From IMG/VR virus record IMGVR_UViG_3300027586_000003, positions 1 to 64,000 of that record: a stretch of 64,000 nt of DNA, one strand, 5' to 3'. The DNA is from a virus. The notes beneath the pieces are model-generated. The model worked only from the letters and a program-made list of their open reading frames with translations. It was not told the DNA's origin and ran no database searches. Positions 48,253-58,973 of the stretch are shown in pieces; position 1 is the stretch's first letter, and each line of letters opens with the position of its first letter. A program made the position numbers and the translations under genes.

Positions 48253-48597
48253 TTACAGGTTTTGTTTCCGCAAAGTGAGGCCGAGGCTTGCCAACGAGCT
48301 TTCCATGAACTCGTATTCTGGCAGCCCCTCGCTCTCCATAATTACAAGATTCGGAAAGTAGTTCTCAAAATCCTTCAACCACACAAAGGCAGCGTCCGAT
48401 ACGTTATGGAAGTGTCGCGTGTAGTAGGCAGGAACCAACTGCTCAGAGTCGCCTACGGAGAACGCTGGTGCGGTTAGGAAGTCCTCATCATCAAAGACTA
48501 GGGGGTTGTTTAGCCATTCGTTCAGGGATGCTCGCTCCCCGGCTGGTATAAAGATTCGGATTTCTCTCACGATGCTGGTTGTGCTGGAGTTGCCCAC
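48253..48597 (-). CDS. acidic hypothetical protein
   Basis: 114-aa ORF; start may be GTG near 48570. Confidence 0.6.
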   Translation of the reverse strand: MGNSSTTSIVREIRIFIPAGERASLNEWLNNPLVFDDEDFLTAPAFSVGDSEQLVPAYYTRHFHNVSDAAFVWLKDFENYFPNLVIMESEGLPEYEFMESSLASLGLTLRKQNL

Positions 48598-49316
48598 TTG
48601 CTGCGAAGATATGTTTCAACCAATTGGCGGTTGGTGGTGCCTAGTGCGGAGTTGTAAATAATAATCTCGCACACGTCTGAGTTTGAACCTTCAGTGCCGT
48701 AGCTGGGGGAGGTCGCTCCTAAGCCGAGACTTGTTATGCTAGTAGCAGCAGACACCGAGCCTCGTTGAAACCCGTCCACGAAGTAGGTCATTACGGAACC
48801 AGTCGCTACCAAGCATCCTTGGTGAACGGAAGCCAGCGGCGTAGCCTGATAGCTTGCGATGTTCGTGCCACCAATGTAGCAGTTATTGCCCGAATTCCTC
48901 GCTGCAAGGTTGATGCAGGTTTCTGAACCGCCACCGTTGTTTATGGTTCTCGCATACGTCACGGAAGTAACGCCTTTCTCCACCAAGAAAATCGTGAAAG
49001 CACCGGAGACCGTGTATCCCGTCGTCATCTTGTGCGTAGTGGCGTCGAACCGAACGACAGGCAAACTGTTAATCAAATTCGCCGAGTTGTAGTAGGTTGG
49101 CCGCGTGGTTGTTACTCCGGTGGCGTGACGCGCTGCCCCGCTCAAATCCGTAAATGTCGTCAAAGCGGCGGCGTTGGCAAGGCCGGTAAGTTGTGAGGCG
49201 TCCATCCACAACTGACATCCAGCAATGGACGTGAGGACGTTGAACAGCGGCGAGGCATACGAATCCACAGGGCCGGGGATTCGGCTGCGTTGCCTACTTT
49301 GTGTCGCAACACTCAT
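48567..49316 (-). CDS. LamG/concanavalin-like virion protein
   Basis: LWMDAS, DLSG..RHA, EIIIYNSAL....Q.VE.YL.SKW. Confidence 0.8.
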   Translation of the reverse strand: MSVATQSRQRSRIPGPVDSYASPLFNVLTSIAGCQLWMDASQLTGLANAAALTTFTDLSGAARHATGVTTTRPTYYNSANLINSLPVVRFDATTHKMTTGYTVSGAFTIFLVEKGVTSVTYARTINNGGGSETCINLAARNSGNNCYIGGTNIASYQATPLASVHQGCLVATGSVMTYFVDGFQRGSVSAATSITSLGLGATSPSYGTEGSNSDVCEIIIYNSALGTTNRQLVETYLRSKWATPAQPAS

Positions 49317-49663
49317 GTCGTGTAATTGTTCACGTTCACAAAAAGGCTAATCACGTTTGTGGTTGAGGCCGCAGCCTTTACAAAAAGCCCGCCATTCAGC
49401 CTAATCCCCGGCACGACGAGATAAAGGCCGCTCTTGAACGCGATTGTAGCCTTAATACACTCTCCGGGGTCAACCACACCGCCCCACCCAATCACTAAAT
49501 CTACATTAACGGTGTGGTTGTTTTGCGCCCAAATCCAGATTTCGTCTATGTTTGCTGCTCCAGCGGTTGCGGTGTGAATGGTCGTGCCGGATGCAATGGC
49601 GGTAGCGACTACCAAAACAGGCTTATTGCTGGTGCCGAAAGTGACGGGGAGGAATGAGGCCAT
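49313..49663 (-). CDS. conserved small virion protein
   Basis: GTTIHTA..., DEIWIWA.N, SGL.LVVPG motifs. Confidence 0.75.
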   Translation of the reverse strand: MASFLPVTFGTSNKPVLVVATAIASGTTIHTATAGAANIDEIWIWAQNNHTVNVDLVIGWGGVVDPGECIKATIAFKSGLYLVVPGIRLNGGLFVKAAASTTNVISLFVNVNNYTT

Positions 49664-49667
49664 AAAG

Positions 49668-52600
49668 TTAGTTCATCATTGAGTTGTAGATTGCTTCCAA
49701 ATTGGTCAGGCCGGTAATCCGAGCGACGGGAACGGTTCCGGCGGTCAAAAGTCCCGCACTACTGACAATAAAGCCACCTAAATTTGAGTCGCCGACAACG
49801 TGCAGAGTAGATGTGGGGATTGTGATGCCGATGCCGACTTTGCCGGTGTTAAATATCGCAGCCGGGTTTGTTCCATCCCCGACAACGTAAAGGCGAGCAG
49901 GGATTGTTACTGTCGCTGGAGCATCTGCGCCGATTATTTGGACATTTCCTCTACCGAGATTTAAGCTGGCGGCATCTAAACCAGCAGCAACAACAGCGTT
50001 ATTTGCACTATTTAAGAATTGCCAATAGGGAGAATTAGACACGTTGGCTAATTGCACATTGTGTCCACCAGACTTTTCAAACCTCGCGGGGAATCCGCTT
50101 GAAAAAACGTGGAGCGTATTCGCAGGACTCGTCGTCCCGATGCCGACTTTGCCCGTCCCGGCAGGGGCAATTATCACGTCAATGTTCGCCGCCCCCGTTC
50201 CCGCAGTCTCCGCTGCCAGAGTGAATGAGTTAGCTGTTTGATTTATGGAGAATCGCTGGTAGTTGCTCGCGTTAGTGTAGGCGTAGTAACTGCGAATAAC
50301 ACCCGTGTTTTCAATCGTGAAAACCTTTCTGCCGCTGCCTCCTGACGTGGTGAAGTCGAAGTTTTGGTATGCAACTAGATTAAGTGCTGCTGGCCCCGTC
50401 ATGCTGCATCCTGTGCCAGCCCAGTAAAATGTTTTTGCTGCCCCCATCGCAACGTCAATCAGGAACGTCGCGCTCGTATTGTCCGTCGTAAGCACATTGG
50501 TTCCGGTCTGCGGGGAGTAGAATATGAAGCCTGTGTATGGGGCCGATAGCACCATGTAGTTGCTGTATTCCTCAATCGTTCCGCCACCAGAAAACTTCAA
50601 GCCGTAGTTGTCACCTGTCGCAACAGTTAGTGCCTTGCTTGCGGCCATCGCCACCGCATTGGCGAAGGTGAAACTAGGCGCACTCCCCGCCGCCGTGAAC
50701 GTAGTAAGCCCCACACTGGAAACCGTCGTGTCCATGTAAGTCGTTGCGCTGCCGTTCGCATCGTTGTAGGTCAGGCGCAGAGCCGATGACGGGCCGAGGT
50801 TGATTTCACAAACCTTGTCGGGAGCGGTGGTGCCGATGCCGACGTTGCCGGAGGAAGTGATTCGCATCTTTTCCGTAACCGTTGCCAGCACGCTCTGTCC
50901 TGCGGTCGTGCTTTGTGTTCCAAAGACTAAAGCTCCGAGACTGTTCATGTATGTGGAGTTCTCCTTAACCCCTCCAATGCTGGCGAATGTGGTGTCCACA
51001 GCACCTTGACCAGCAGTGCTACCTCCAAAAACAATTGTGCCGCCGTTGCCTGCCGCATAAACTCCGTTCGTGGGGTTTTCGCCGACGAACAGATTCCCGA
51101 GCGTTGAACTCTTGGTGCTTCGCGTGTTAATGACACCTTGGACGAGAGTGTCTCCTGTGATGTCCACTGCCCCAACCACCATCAGTCCATAATTCGAGCT
51201 TGCACCTATGGAGGAGAAGTAGCCTGCGACCAAATTGTTGTTTGCTCCTCCTGTCAGGACGCTCCTTATCCCATAAACTGTCCCAGTGTTGTCGGGTGGG
51301 GAGATGGCAATGTGCAGGCTTCCCGCCGAGTTAATCTTCGCCAGCACAGTTCCGCTGCTGTTCTGCACTTCCAGTGCGTTCGCCGTTGCCGAGGCTGCGA
51401 GTTTGATTATTGAACCAATGGTTCCTGCTGCTCCAGCGTTGACCTGCAACTGTGCGCCGGGAGACGCCGTGCCGATGCCGACTTTGCGCGTGCTTCCATC
51501 AAAAAATGCTATCGCGTTTTGTTTACCATCAAAAACAGTCAAGCTTCTGAACCGAGTAGTGCCGCCATTATATCCGGTATAGTTTATGCCACCCGAATTA
51601 CCAGAAGTTGTATCAGCATCTAGCCCATAATCAAAATTTAATTGATTGCGGTTACCTATATATATACCGTATCCTGACTGGTCGGTTACTTTTAATGGAA
51701 TTGGAACAGTGGGGAAACTGCTGGAAATATCCAACTTCGCCCCCGGACTCGTCGTCCCGATGCCGACGTTGCCCGTCGCCGCAGATATTACAAGCCGCCT
51801 TAAAGCTGCCGCCTCATCGTGGATGTAGAATTGGGCGTCGTCAGTTCCGAGCCGGTAATGCTTAGTGCCGCCATTAAAATTCAGTTTCAGATAAGGCCCA
51901 CCGCCGCCTTGCCCGATAGTAAAGATGCCAGACGAAAGGCCATTGGAACCAGAAAATGAGCCATCAGCACCAACCTGAAAGTATGCGTTTCCAACAGAGT
52001 CCTCCACCGCGAATACCGGAGCAACGACTTGGGCGACTGCTGACCTTCGCACCAATAAACCTTTACCATTAAACGAGCCATCTTGAGTTATAAAAACAGA
52101 GGCTTCACTGGCAGCTACTGGTGTGTTAACACTAAGTTTATTTCCCGGACTCGTCGTGCCGATGCCGACGTTTCCTGCATGATACATCTTTGCATTAGCA
52201 TCAACGGAGTAAATGCTGAATGGCAGATTGGTCTGTGTGCCTGCTGTTTGAGAGCCTATGTAGAGGCCATAGGTGTCCGTTATGGTTCCACCGCTACTTA
52301 GGGCACTAATGTGGATTGCACGCCTGTCGGCGGTTGTTCCTCCAACGCTGGTGGAGCGATTTGCGGCGATGTGGAGGCCGGTTTGATTAGTGACTCCGCT
52401 AGATGCTTGGGCCGAAGCATTGACTATTGCTCCTACCAAAGTGGTAACGGCTCCCGCGCCCAAGGCTTGTGCTGCCAAGGAATAGGTTCCGTAACAATTT
52501 TGGAGGGTGCCAGTTCCATAGTGGTAGTTATACATCAACGAGGCATAAACCGCGTTGAGATTTTCACTATTGGTCGCAGGCACAACCGTTTGAATCCACT

Positions 52601-55600
52601 TGCCGTAGTAATTGTGTGAGCCGCCAGTCCCCAGTGTGGCCGCCACTGTCACCATTTCAACAAGACCTGTGCTGGTGCTATTTGTTACTGGGCCTGTGAT
52701 TGTGTAATTCAGCTTTGTGATGGCTGCACGGGTATTTCCCAAAAGGTCAACAAAAGAGGTTGGGATGGCTGACTGTGTAAGCGGGAGGTAATCAGTCGCG
52801 GCAGCCGTAGCTATTGTGCCGAGGCCAAGCGCAGTCCTCGCACCAGAATCAGTGGAGGCATTCGTGCCGCCGTTGGCTATGGGGAGGACACCCGTTACCT
52901 TGGTGGTGAGGTCTATAGAACCGGCCAACTGCGCGTTGGTGATGGTTCCGGTCAGGAGCGTGGTCGGGATTTCCCCTGCGGAGAGAGTGCCCACGGTGGA
53001 GATGTCCGTCCCTACCAGCTTGCTCGCTGCAATGCTCCCTGCGAGGTCGGCATCGAGAATCTCACCCGTAAGCACCAACTTTGAGTAGGCGATGGAACCC
53101 TCCAGCATCGCATTCGTAACCTTCAACGCACCAATGGTGGTCGCGTTTCCAACAGAGGTAACGTCACCAGTAAGGTTGGCGTTAGTAGTGACATTTCCGG
53201 CAGTTAGTCCTGAAGCTGTTCCGGTGAGGTTGGTTGCTGTGCCGCCAGATGGGGTGCCGAGTGCGCCACCGGAAAATAGCAGCGTGCTGCTCGCGTCCGG
53301 CAGGGTGAAAATCTTAGTGCTGGTGATTGGGCCTGTGAATTGAACGAAGTCACTGCCAGCAGCAAGTGCGGTGAGGGCGGCATCTAAAGGCTGTTTTGCA
53401 TCAAGTGCCGACTGCAATCCAGAGGTTTTGGCGATGGACAGCGCAGCATCGGCAATGGCCGTAGCCCCATCGGCGGTGCTGGTCACAACGCCTGAGTGAT
53501 TCGGGTGGACGTAGAGGTTAGCCCCAGTTGCAATGCCGTCTAATTTGGTCATGGCCGCAGCCGTCATGTGGCCCGCTACGGCTGCTGTGGCGGCTGGAAT
53601 GCTGATGGCTGGTGTAGTGCCGCCGGAGGAGACGACGGGGGCGGTGCCAGTAACACCTGTCACCGCGTCGCCGACATAGAGGATATTGCCGTCAGAAACG
53701 GCGGTATCGAATTGAGCCTTCGTGCCGGTGATGCCAACAATCGTTGTCTGGTCGCCTGAGTTTGTTCCAGTCAAGCCGAGGTCAGTCTTCAGCGTAGCCA
53801 GCGTGTTCACTTCAGGCGCACCCGCGTTTGCCGTCTTGCGATAGAAGACGCTCGCCGTCGCTACATCTGCCATCTTCGCCAAGCTCACCGCTGAGTTTGC
53901 AATGGTGGTTGCCACAGCCCCGGCAACGGTCGTTACATCCCCCGTAAGGGCTGGCATCCGTGCCGCAGGCAGCGTTCCAGAAGCGATGTTCGTCGCGTTG
54001 AGGGCGGTGAGGTTCACGCCGCTGAGAGCAGGCAACGTCGCCGGGAAGCGTGCATCTGCCAACGTGCCAGTGACGTGCGTGCCGCTCAGGTTGACAGCAG
54101 CGGCGGTGATGACTTGAGCGGAAATGCTCAGGTAGTTTTCGCCCGCCAGCGTCACGTCGCCCGTGTTTGTGTTAGAGGATGTCCCGCTGAAAGTTCCGCT
54201 CTGTGTTGCAAGCGTGCCGAGGCCAAGGTTGCTTCGTGCCGAGCTTGCGCTTGCCACGTCACTCAAGTTGTTCGCCGACAGCAGTGCGCCAACGAGGTTG
54301 TGTTCAAGTATGAACCAACTCGCGCCCACCGCCGACTGCGTGCCTCCGGCGTTGTCAGTCTGGCAAATGTATGTGTCTCCTATGTCAACGACTATCCCGC
54401 TCGCTCCGCCAATCTTTCCCGCAACTGTAACGTAGTAAGTGTCGCCCACGCTGCCTGCCGGGTAGTATGGATTGGTCGAGCAGTCTGCGCTCCCTTTCAG
54501 TTCCAGCAGTCCCGTCACGGCAAGGCTCACCGCCGCGCCCACGAAGGCCGTCGTAGCGATTTGAGTCGTGTTAGTGCCTCCGATAGCCGTAGGAGCGGTC
54601 GGGGTTCCTGTGAAGGTTCCACCGTTTATAGTCGGTGACGTGAGCGTTAGTCCTGCAACTGTGGCAGCGGTTGCGCCGAGTGAGACTGCGGTTGAGCCAA
54701 TCGTGACTGCGCTGTTGGAAAGTTTTGCGTTGGCAATCGAACCGTCGAGCATTGAGTTGGTGACTTTTCCTGCTCCAATGGCTGTGACGCCTGCGTTCGT
54801 GATGGTCACGTCACCAGAAACGGCTACTGAAGCAGCGACGTTGCTCCCGCTGCCAACTAAAATGTTGGCTGAAGTGAGAGCGGTTCCAACGGGGGTGCGG
54901 GCGTCTGATAGGCGCGAGTCGTTGCCCACGCAAGCCGTAGCTCCACTTGTTCCAAAGCCGGGGAATGTGATAATACCGCTGTAAAGCGAGTTCGCCGAAT
55001 TGTCGCCTGTGTTTGTGCCGGAGGATGTGCCGCTGAAGTTGCCGTTGATGTCCGAGTTGCCGGACACGGTCAGTTCACGGTTGGCGTTTCCGAGGAACAC
55101 CGCCAGCTTTCGATGTCCGGTGAGCGTTTCATCGCTTCCAATTTGAAGGTCGAAGCTGGCTGCACTAGAGCGTATGTCCAAACGCCTTACCCACGTTCTC
55201 AAGGCGGTGACTTCCATCGCCTCAATTGGGGCGTTGTCTGCGGTTCCTGAACTGGAGCCGGGCGCAGCAGAAAAGGCGAGTCCACTGACGCCCGTGCCTG
55301 TCGAGATTCCGCCGGACAAGGTCAGCCAGCCGCCGTGCTTGTTCGTCGCGCCGTTGCTCGCGCCACCGGCCTTCATGGTGAGCGAGTTTCCAGCCGTGTC
55401 GCTGGTGGTGTGGCGATTCATCCCAACTGTTTTTGCAGCGTTGCCGCCGAACGCCAGAGAGGAGCGCAGCCAGATGTCTTGCTCCGTCGTGCCGTCTTGC
55501 CCGTAGGCGGTCAACCAGCCCGCCTGCCAGTTCAACTCGTAGTCAATGGAGCAACGAAGCGAAATTCCCTTGTTGGCCCCGATTCCGAGGTCTGTAGTTC

Positions 55601-57167
55601 CCATCATTAGCCGCGAGCCATTCTGAAAAACGATTCCCGTCGGCTTTACTAACAGGTGGTTTGCCCCGTCATAAGTATCTATGCCGTCGAAAATCACCAT
55701 CGTCCCCTTGGAATGGTCGGCGGATAGTTGCACGCCAAGTCCCCAACCCGAAAGCTCGGAGTCGTGGCCGCCAGTGGATTCGGCTATAGTGACCGATGCG
55801 TCGGCGGCCATTGCACCGCCTGAAAGTTTTAGGTATCTTGCATCACCAAGGCTGTTGAAGTCGGTGATTCCGTATCCGCTGATGGTGGTGGGCGTGCCAG
55901 TGAGAGTTGCCCACGCCTGCGTGCCTGTGTGGTTTGCGCGGTCAAGCAGGTTCCCCACAGTGCTGCCTCCGTCCGACACCAGCTTGCCGGTGGTTCCATT
56001 AAAAACCACAACCCGAAGATTTACTGCCGATGAAGGCCCAACAATGTCTCCGGCCCCGTCGCCGGTTGCCCAAACACCATCACCACGGAGGTATGTGTTT
56101 GATGTCGGCGTCCCAGTGCCAAGTCGCGCCACGGCAATCACTCCGCTCACAACGTCCGCAGCCGCGTGCGTGTGGCTTGCTGCCGCAAAATCACCAGCGG
56201 CATTGAGTGCGGCACTGCCAAGGCCCAAGGTCGTTCTCGCAGCCGTCGCGCTCGTCAGGTCGGAGAGATTGTTTGCAGCCGCAAGGTAGCTCGAAGTCGC
56301 CGCCGTTGCGATTGTGCCGAGTCCAAGATTGGTTCGCGCCGTGGACGCACTTGCCAAATCTGAAAGGTTGTTAGTTACCGCAAGGTAGCTGGAAGCCGCT
56401 GCCACCGCTATCGTTCCGAGTCCAAGGTTTGTCCGAGCCGTGGACGCGCTCGCCAAGTTAGAAAGATTGTTTGCCGCTGACAAATAATCCTCCGCCGCCG
56501 CCCTAGCCATCGTTCCGAGTCCAAGGTTTGTCCTCGCATCTGACGCGCTGGTTGCACCAGTGCCGCCTTTAGCTATCGCAATCGCTGTTGCAGACCAAAC
56601 TCCGGTTAAAACAGTGCCAAGCGTTGCAACTTGCGTTGTGCCAGTCCAAGTCGAAAGTGCGGTGTTTTCAACATCGCTAAGGCTCAGGTCGCTTTTGGTG
56701 AGCGATACTGCCCCGATGTAGCCGTTGACCGACGAAACTTTGTCGGTGTTGTCCACCTTCTGCCAAGTTGATCCGCTGAAGATAATCCAGTCGCCGACAG
56801 ACCAATCGCTCTCGCCGTCAATCGTGGTGGCTCCAGCAACCGATACCTTGTAGTAGTAACCTGCCGTTCCGGTTGCTGAAACGATGGCCGGGCTGTTCGT
56901 GTTGGCGTTCCAAGCTCCACGGTAGTTCAAACCGCCAAGTGCCGCCGCTGGCAACTGAGCCGTCGCAATTTTACCGTCAGCGTCAAGCCCGCATAGACCG
57001 CCAGCCACATTCCTTTGAGCCTCCGCTGGAAACTGAACCGATAAAACCTTCCCGTCGCTGTCGAGTCCGCAAATGCCACCAGCCACATTACGCTTCGCGT
57101 CAATGCGGGCATCAGCCTGCGTTGAAAAATCAAAAATCTGCCTAGCGAGCGGTTTGGTTTCAGCCAT
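49668..57167 (-). CDS. long mosaic tail fibre
   Basis: 2499 aa, Gly/Thr/Ala-rich; NNLSDLAS..ARTNLGLG, SGTNTGD, RANHTGTQ and GNVGIGTTSP repeats. Confidence 0.85.
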   Translation of the reverse strand: MAETKPLARQIFDFSTQADARIDAKRNVAGGICGLDSDGKVLSVQFPAEAQRNVAGGLCGLDADGKIATAQLPAAALGGLNYRGAWNANTNSPAIVSATGTAGYYYKVSVAGATTIDGESDWSVGDWIIFSGSTWQKVDNTDKVSSVNGYIGAVSLTKSDLSLSDVENTALSTWTGTTQVATLGTVLTGVWSATAIAIAKGGTGATSASDARTNLGLGTMARAAAEDYLSAANNLSNLASASTARTNLGLGTIAVAAASSYLAVTNNLSDLASASTARTNLGLGTIATAATSSYLAAANNLSDLTSATAARTTLGLGSAALNAAGDFAAASHTHAAADVVSGVIAVARLGTGTPTSNTYLRGDGVWATGDGAGDIVGPSSAVNLRVVVFNGTTGKLVSDGGSTVGNLLDRANHTGTQAWATLTGTPTTISGYGITDFNSLGDARYLKLSGGAMAADASVTIAESTGGHDSELSGWGLGVQLSADHSKGTMVIFDGIDTYDGANHLLVKPTGIVFQNGSRLMMGTTDLGIGANKGISLRCSIDYELNWQAGWLTAYGQDGTTEQDIWLRSSLAFGGNAAKTVGMNRHTTSDTAGNSLTMKAGGASNGATNKHGGWLTLSGGISTGTGVSGLAFSAAPGSSSGTADNAPIEAMEVTALRTWVRRLDIRSSAASFDLQIGSDETLTGHRKLAVFLGNANRELTVSGNSDINGNFSGTSSGTNTGDNSANSLYSGIITFPGFGTSGATACVGNDSRLSDARTPVGTALTSANILVGSGSNVAASVAVSGDVTITNAGVTAIGAGKVTNSMLDGSIANAKLSNSAVTIGSTAVSLGATAATVAGLTLTSPTINGGTFTGTPTAPTAIGGTNTTQIATTAFVGAAVSLAVTGLLELKGSADCSTNPYYPAGSVGDTYYVTVAGKIGGASGIVVDIGDTYICQTDNAGGTQSAVGASWFILEHNLVGALLSANNLSDVASASSARSNLGLGTLATQSGTFSGTSSNTNTGDVTLAGENYLSISAQVITAAAVNLSGTHVTGTLADARFPATLPALSGVNLTALNATNIASGTLPAARMPALTGDVTTVAGAVATTIANSAVSLAKMADVATASVFYRKTANAGAPEVNTLATLKTDLGLTGTNSGDQTTIVGITGTKAQFDTAVSDGNILYVGDAVTGVTGTAPVVSSGGTTPAISIPAATAAVAGHMTAAAMTKLDGIATGANLYVHPNHSGVVTSTADGATAIADAALSIAKTSGLQSALDAKQPLDAALTALAAGSDFVQFTGPITSTKIFTLPDASSTLLFSGGALGTPSGGTATNLTGTASGLTAGNVTTNANLTGDVTSVGNATTIGALKVTNAMLEGSIAYSKLVLTGEILDADLAGSIAASKLVGTDISTVGTLSAGEIPTTLLTGTITNAQLAGSIDLTTKVTGVLPIANGGTNASTDSGARTALGLGTIATAAATDYLPLTQSAIPTSFVDLLGNTRAAITKLNYTITGPVTNSTSTGLVEMVTVAATLGTGGSHNYYGKWIQTVVPATNSENLNAVYASLMYNYHYGTGTLQNCYGTYSLAAQALGAGAVTTLVGAIVNASAQASSGVTNQTGLHIAANRSTSVGGTTADRRAIHISALSSGGTITDTYGLYIGSQTAGTQTNLPFSIYSVDANAKMYHAGNVGIGTTSPGNKLSVNTPVAASEASVFITQDGSFNGKGLLVRRSAVAQVVAPVFAVEDSVGNAYFQVGADGSFSGSNGLSSGIFTIGQGGGGPYLKLNFNGGTKHYRLGTDDAQFYIHDEAAALRRLVISAATGNVGIGTTSPGAKLDISSSFPTVPIPLKVTDQSGYGIYIGNRNQLNFDYGLDADTTSGNSGGINYTGYNGGTTRFRSLTVFDGKQNAIAFFDGSTRKVGIGTASPGAQLQVNAGAAGTIGSIIKLAASATANALEVQNSSGTVLAKINSAGSLHIAISPPDNTGTVYGIRSVLTGGANNNLVAGYFSSIGASSNYGLMVVGAVDITGDTLVQGVINTRSTKSSTLGNLFVGENPTNGVYAAGNGGTIVFGGSTAGQGAVDTTFASIGGVKENSTYMNSLGALVFGTQSTTAGQSVLATVTEKMRITSSGNVGIGTTAPDKVCEINLGPSSALRLTYNDANGSATTYMDTTVSSVGLTTFTAAGSAPSFTFANAVAMAASKALTVATGDNYGLKFSGGGTIEEYSNYMVLSAPYTGFIFYSPQTGTNVLTTDNTSATFLIDVAMGAAKTFYWAGTGCSMTGPAALNLVAYQNFDFTTSGGSGRKVFTIENTGVIRSYYAYTNASNYQRFSINQTANSFTLAAETAGTGAANIDVIIAPAGTGKVGIGTTSPANTLHVFSSGFPARFEKSGGHNVQLANVSNSPYWQFLNSANNAVVAAGLDAASLNLGRGNVQIIGADAPATVTIPARLYVVGDGTNPAAIFNTGKVGIGITIPTSTLHVVGDSNLGGFIVSSAGLLTAGTVPVARITGLTNLEAIYNSMMN

Positions 57168-57168
57168 A

Positions 57169-58503
57169 TTACGCCTTCACATAGTCAATTTTAGGAGCAT
57201 CGCCAATTAGCGGAGCAGTTGAAAAAACAATGCCGCTGGTTCCTGACTCTGAATAGCTTCCTGCAACTCTTGACTGCCGAATTCCACGGATATAGACCGC
57301 CGTTGAACCTGCCTTGAAGTCGTAAGCCGTGGTGTAAATCGTGTTTGAACCGTCAACCGTTCCCGTCACAAGCTCGTCCGTCACCAGAGTCCCGTTTTCA
57401 CCGGATTCAATTAGGACGCCACGATAATTCATCACTAGCCCCTTGGCGTCGGTGAGTCCAATCAAGACCGGCTTGGATACCTGACCATCCGCCGCCGGTT
57501 CCGTGGTGGTAATAAACCCCGCTATATCCTCCGAAAGAAAGTAAACCGTTCCAGACTCAAGACCGGACACGCCACGAAGCAATCCGCCGTTGCGAACCAA
57601 GATAAAATCGTTTCCATCAACGCGCTCCACAATCCCGACAGCCTCCGCGTTCACAACAGAGTTCGCTTGCGCCTTTACGTAATTTGCTCCGTCAAACCGC
57701 ACCACATTCATCGCCGTCAACCCGTGACCGGCCTGCGTCACTGTCTGCCGGTCGCTAAAGTAGCGGGCGTCCAACTCATCCGCTGAAAGGTAAATGTCGC
57801 CTCGCAAAACCGCCGTAACCAGTGCGGCGGGAGTTCCGTGAAGCGTGATGGTTCCGCCCTGAGCGTCCAGCACGCCGCTTGCGGTCAACGTCTCAGCCCC
57901 GTTCGTAACGGTGACCTCATTCGCTCCAAAGGCGATGCGATACGCCTTACCCATCGTCACCGAAACCGCGTAGTCTCCCGCGCCGTCATACACTGCCCCA
58001 ACTCCAATCAGGTTCCCGCCTTGAACCGGATAGTCAGAGTCTTTTGGGGTGCCGGGGTTAAAAACTGTGACGGTTGCGTAACCAGCAATAATCCACTTTC
58101 CAGACGTAGTGCGAAGCGAGCAAACGAGGAAGTAGCTTACGCTCACTTCACTTCCTAAATCAAAGTTTGTTTCGCTGTGTGGAAACTCAAAAACGCAGTG
58201 TTGAGCTATCCCGGCCTGCCAGTCCGCCAGCGTAACGGTTCCAACAATTCCACTAGCATCAACGGAGGCTGTCGCCAGCGCAGCCCCAGAGCGATTTGAA
58301 GTCGGCATGATTTCGATTTTAGCCGACTCGTAAATCGAAGCGTCAACCATCGCGTCGTTGAATGAGAAGCCGCATTCAAAACGCCAGTCGGTCTGCCGCC
58401 ACAAATCAACCCCCTTGCGCGTAATCTCATCACGACTGTCCGCGACGCTGTTCATTGAGAACATCAACCGAACTCTCTCACTGGTGTAAAATGGGGCTGG
58501 CAT
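57169..58503 (-). CDS. fibre-attachment / upper-baseplate-like protein
   Basis: Ig-like N-terminus; QAGHGL, KAQANS..AEAVG, G.VDGSN modules common in virion proteins. Confidence 0.6.
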   Translation of the reverse strand: MPAPFYTSERVRLMFSMNSVADSRDEITRKGVDLWRQTDWRFECGFSFNDAMVDASIYESAKIEIMPTSNRSGAALATASVDASGIVGTVTLADWQAGIAQHCVFEFPHSETNFDLGSEVSVSYFLVCSLRTTSGKWIIAGYATVTVFNPGTPKDSDYPVQGGNLIGVGAVYDGAGDYAVSVTMGKAYRIAFGANEVTVTNGAETLTASGVLDAQGGTITLHGTPAALVTAVLRGDIYLSADELDARYFSDRQTVTQAGHGLTAMNVVRFDGANYVKAQANSVVNAEAVGIVERVDGNDFILVRNGGLLRGVSGLESGTVYFLSEDIAGFITTTEPAADGQVSKPVLIGLTDAKGLVMNYRGVLIESGENGTLVTDELVTGTVDGSNTIYTTAYDFKAGSTAVYIRGIRQSRVAGSYSESGTSGIVFSTAPLIGDAPKIDYVKA

Positions 58504-58505
58504 AG

Positions 58506-58952
58506 TTATTTGGGGTCAGGGATGAGAACCGAACTTGACGGTTTCCCGCCAACAAATGCAAAAGTGGAGATGGTGGTTGCTCCAATAATTTTAACTTGAG
58601 TGTTCGTGAAGCCGCCTTTGATGTAAGCCCACTGAGAGCCATTCGGAGCGTCATCCACATTTCCCTTCCATAAGACTCCAACTCCAGACGTGCCAACCGC
58701 AAGCAGCATCGCGTGCGTGTTCGCGTCGGCTCCGGTGGCGTGAAGTTTTGTTACCACAAAGCCAATTTCGCTTTGATGGTTTCCACGGTTGAAAACCTTA
58801 ACTTCGCTGGCGTAAGTCGGCTGGAAAATATCCAGCACGTTCTTTCCACCAACTCCGGTCAGTTGCAGGGCGTCAGCGTTGCCGCAGATTTCAAGCTCCG
58901 CAGTAGTTGGCGGAGTAGCTGAACTGGTCGCATATCTGAACAAGACAAGCAC
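58506..58952 (-). CDS. tail-associated structural protein
   Basis: 148 aa immediately after the tube gene. Confidence 0.55.
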   Translation of the reverse strand: MLVLFRYATSSATPPTTAELEICGNADALQLTGVGGKNVLDIFQPTYASEVKVFNRGNHQSEIGFVVTKLHATGADANTHAMLLAVGTSGVGVLWKGNVDDAPNGSQWAYIKGGFTNTQVKIIGATTISTFAFVGGKPSSSVLIPDPK

Positions 58953-58973
58953 ACACGCAGGCTGTTGTTAAGT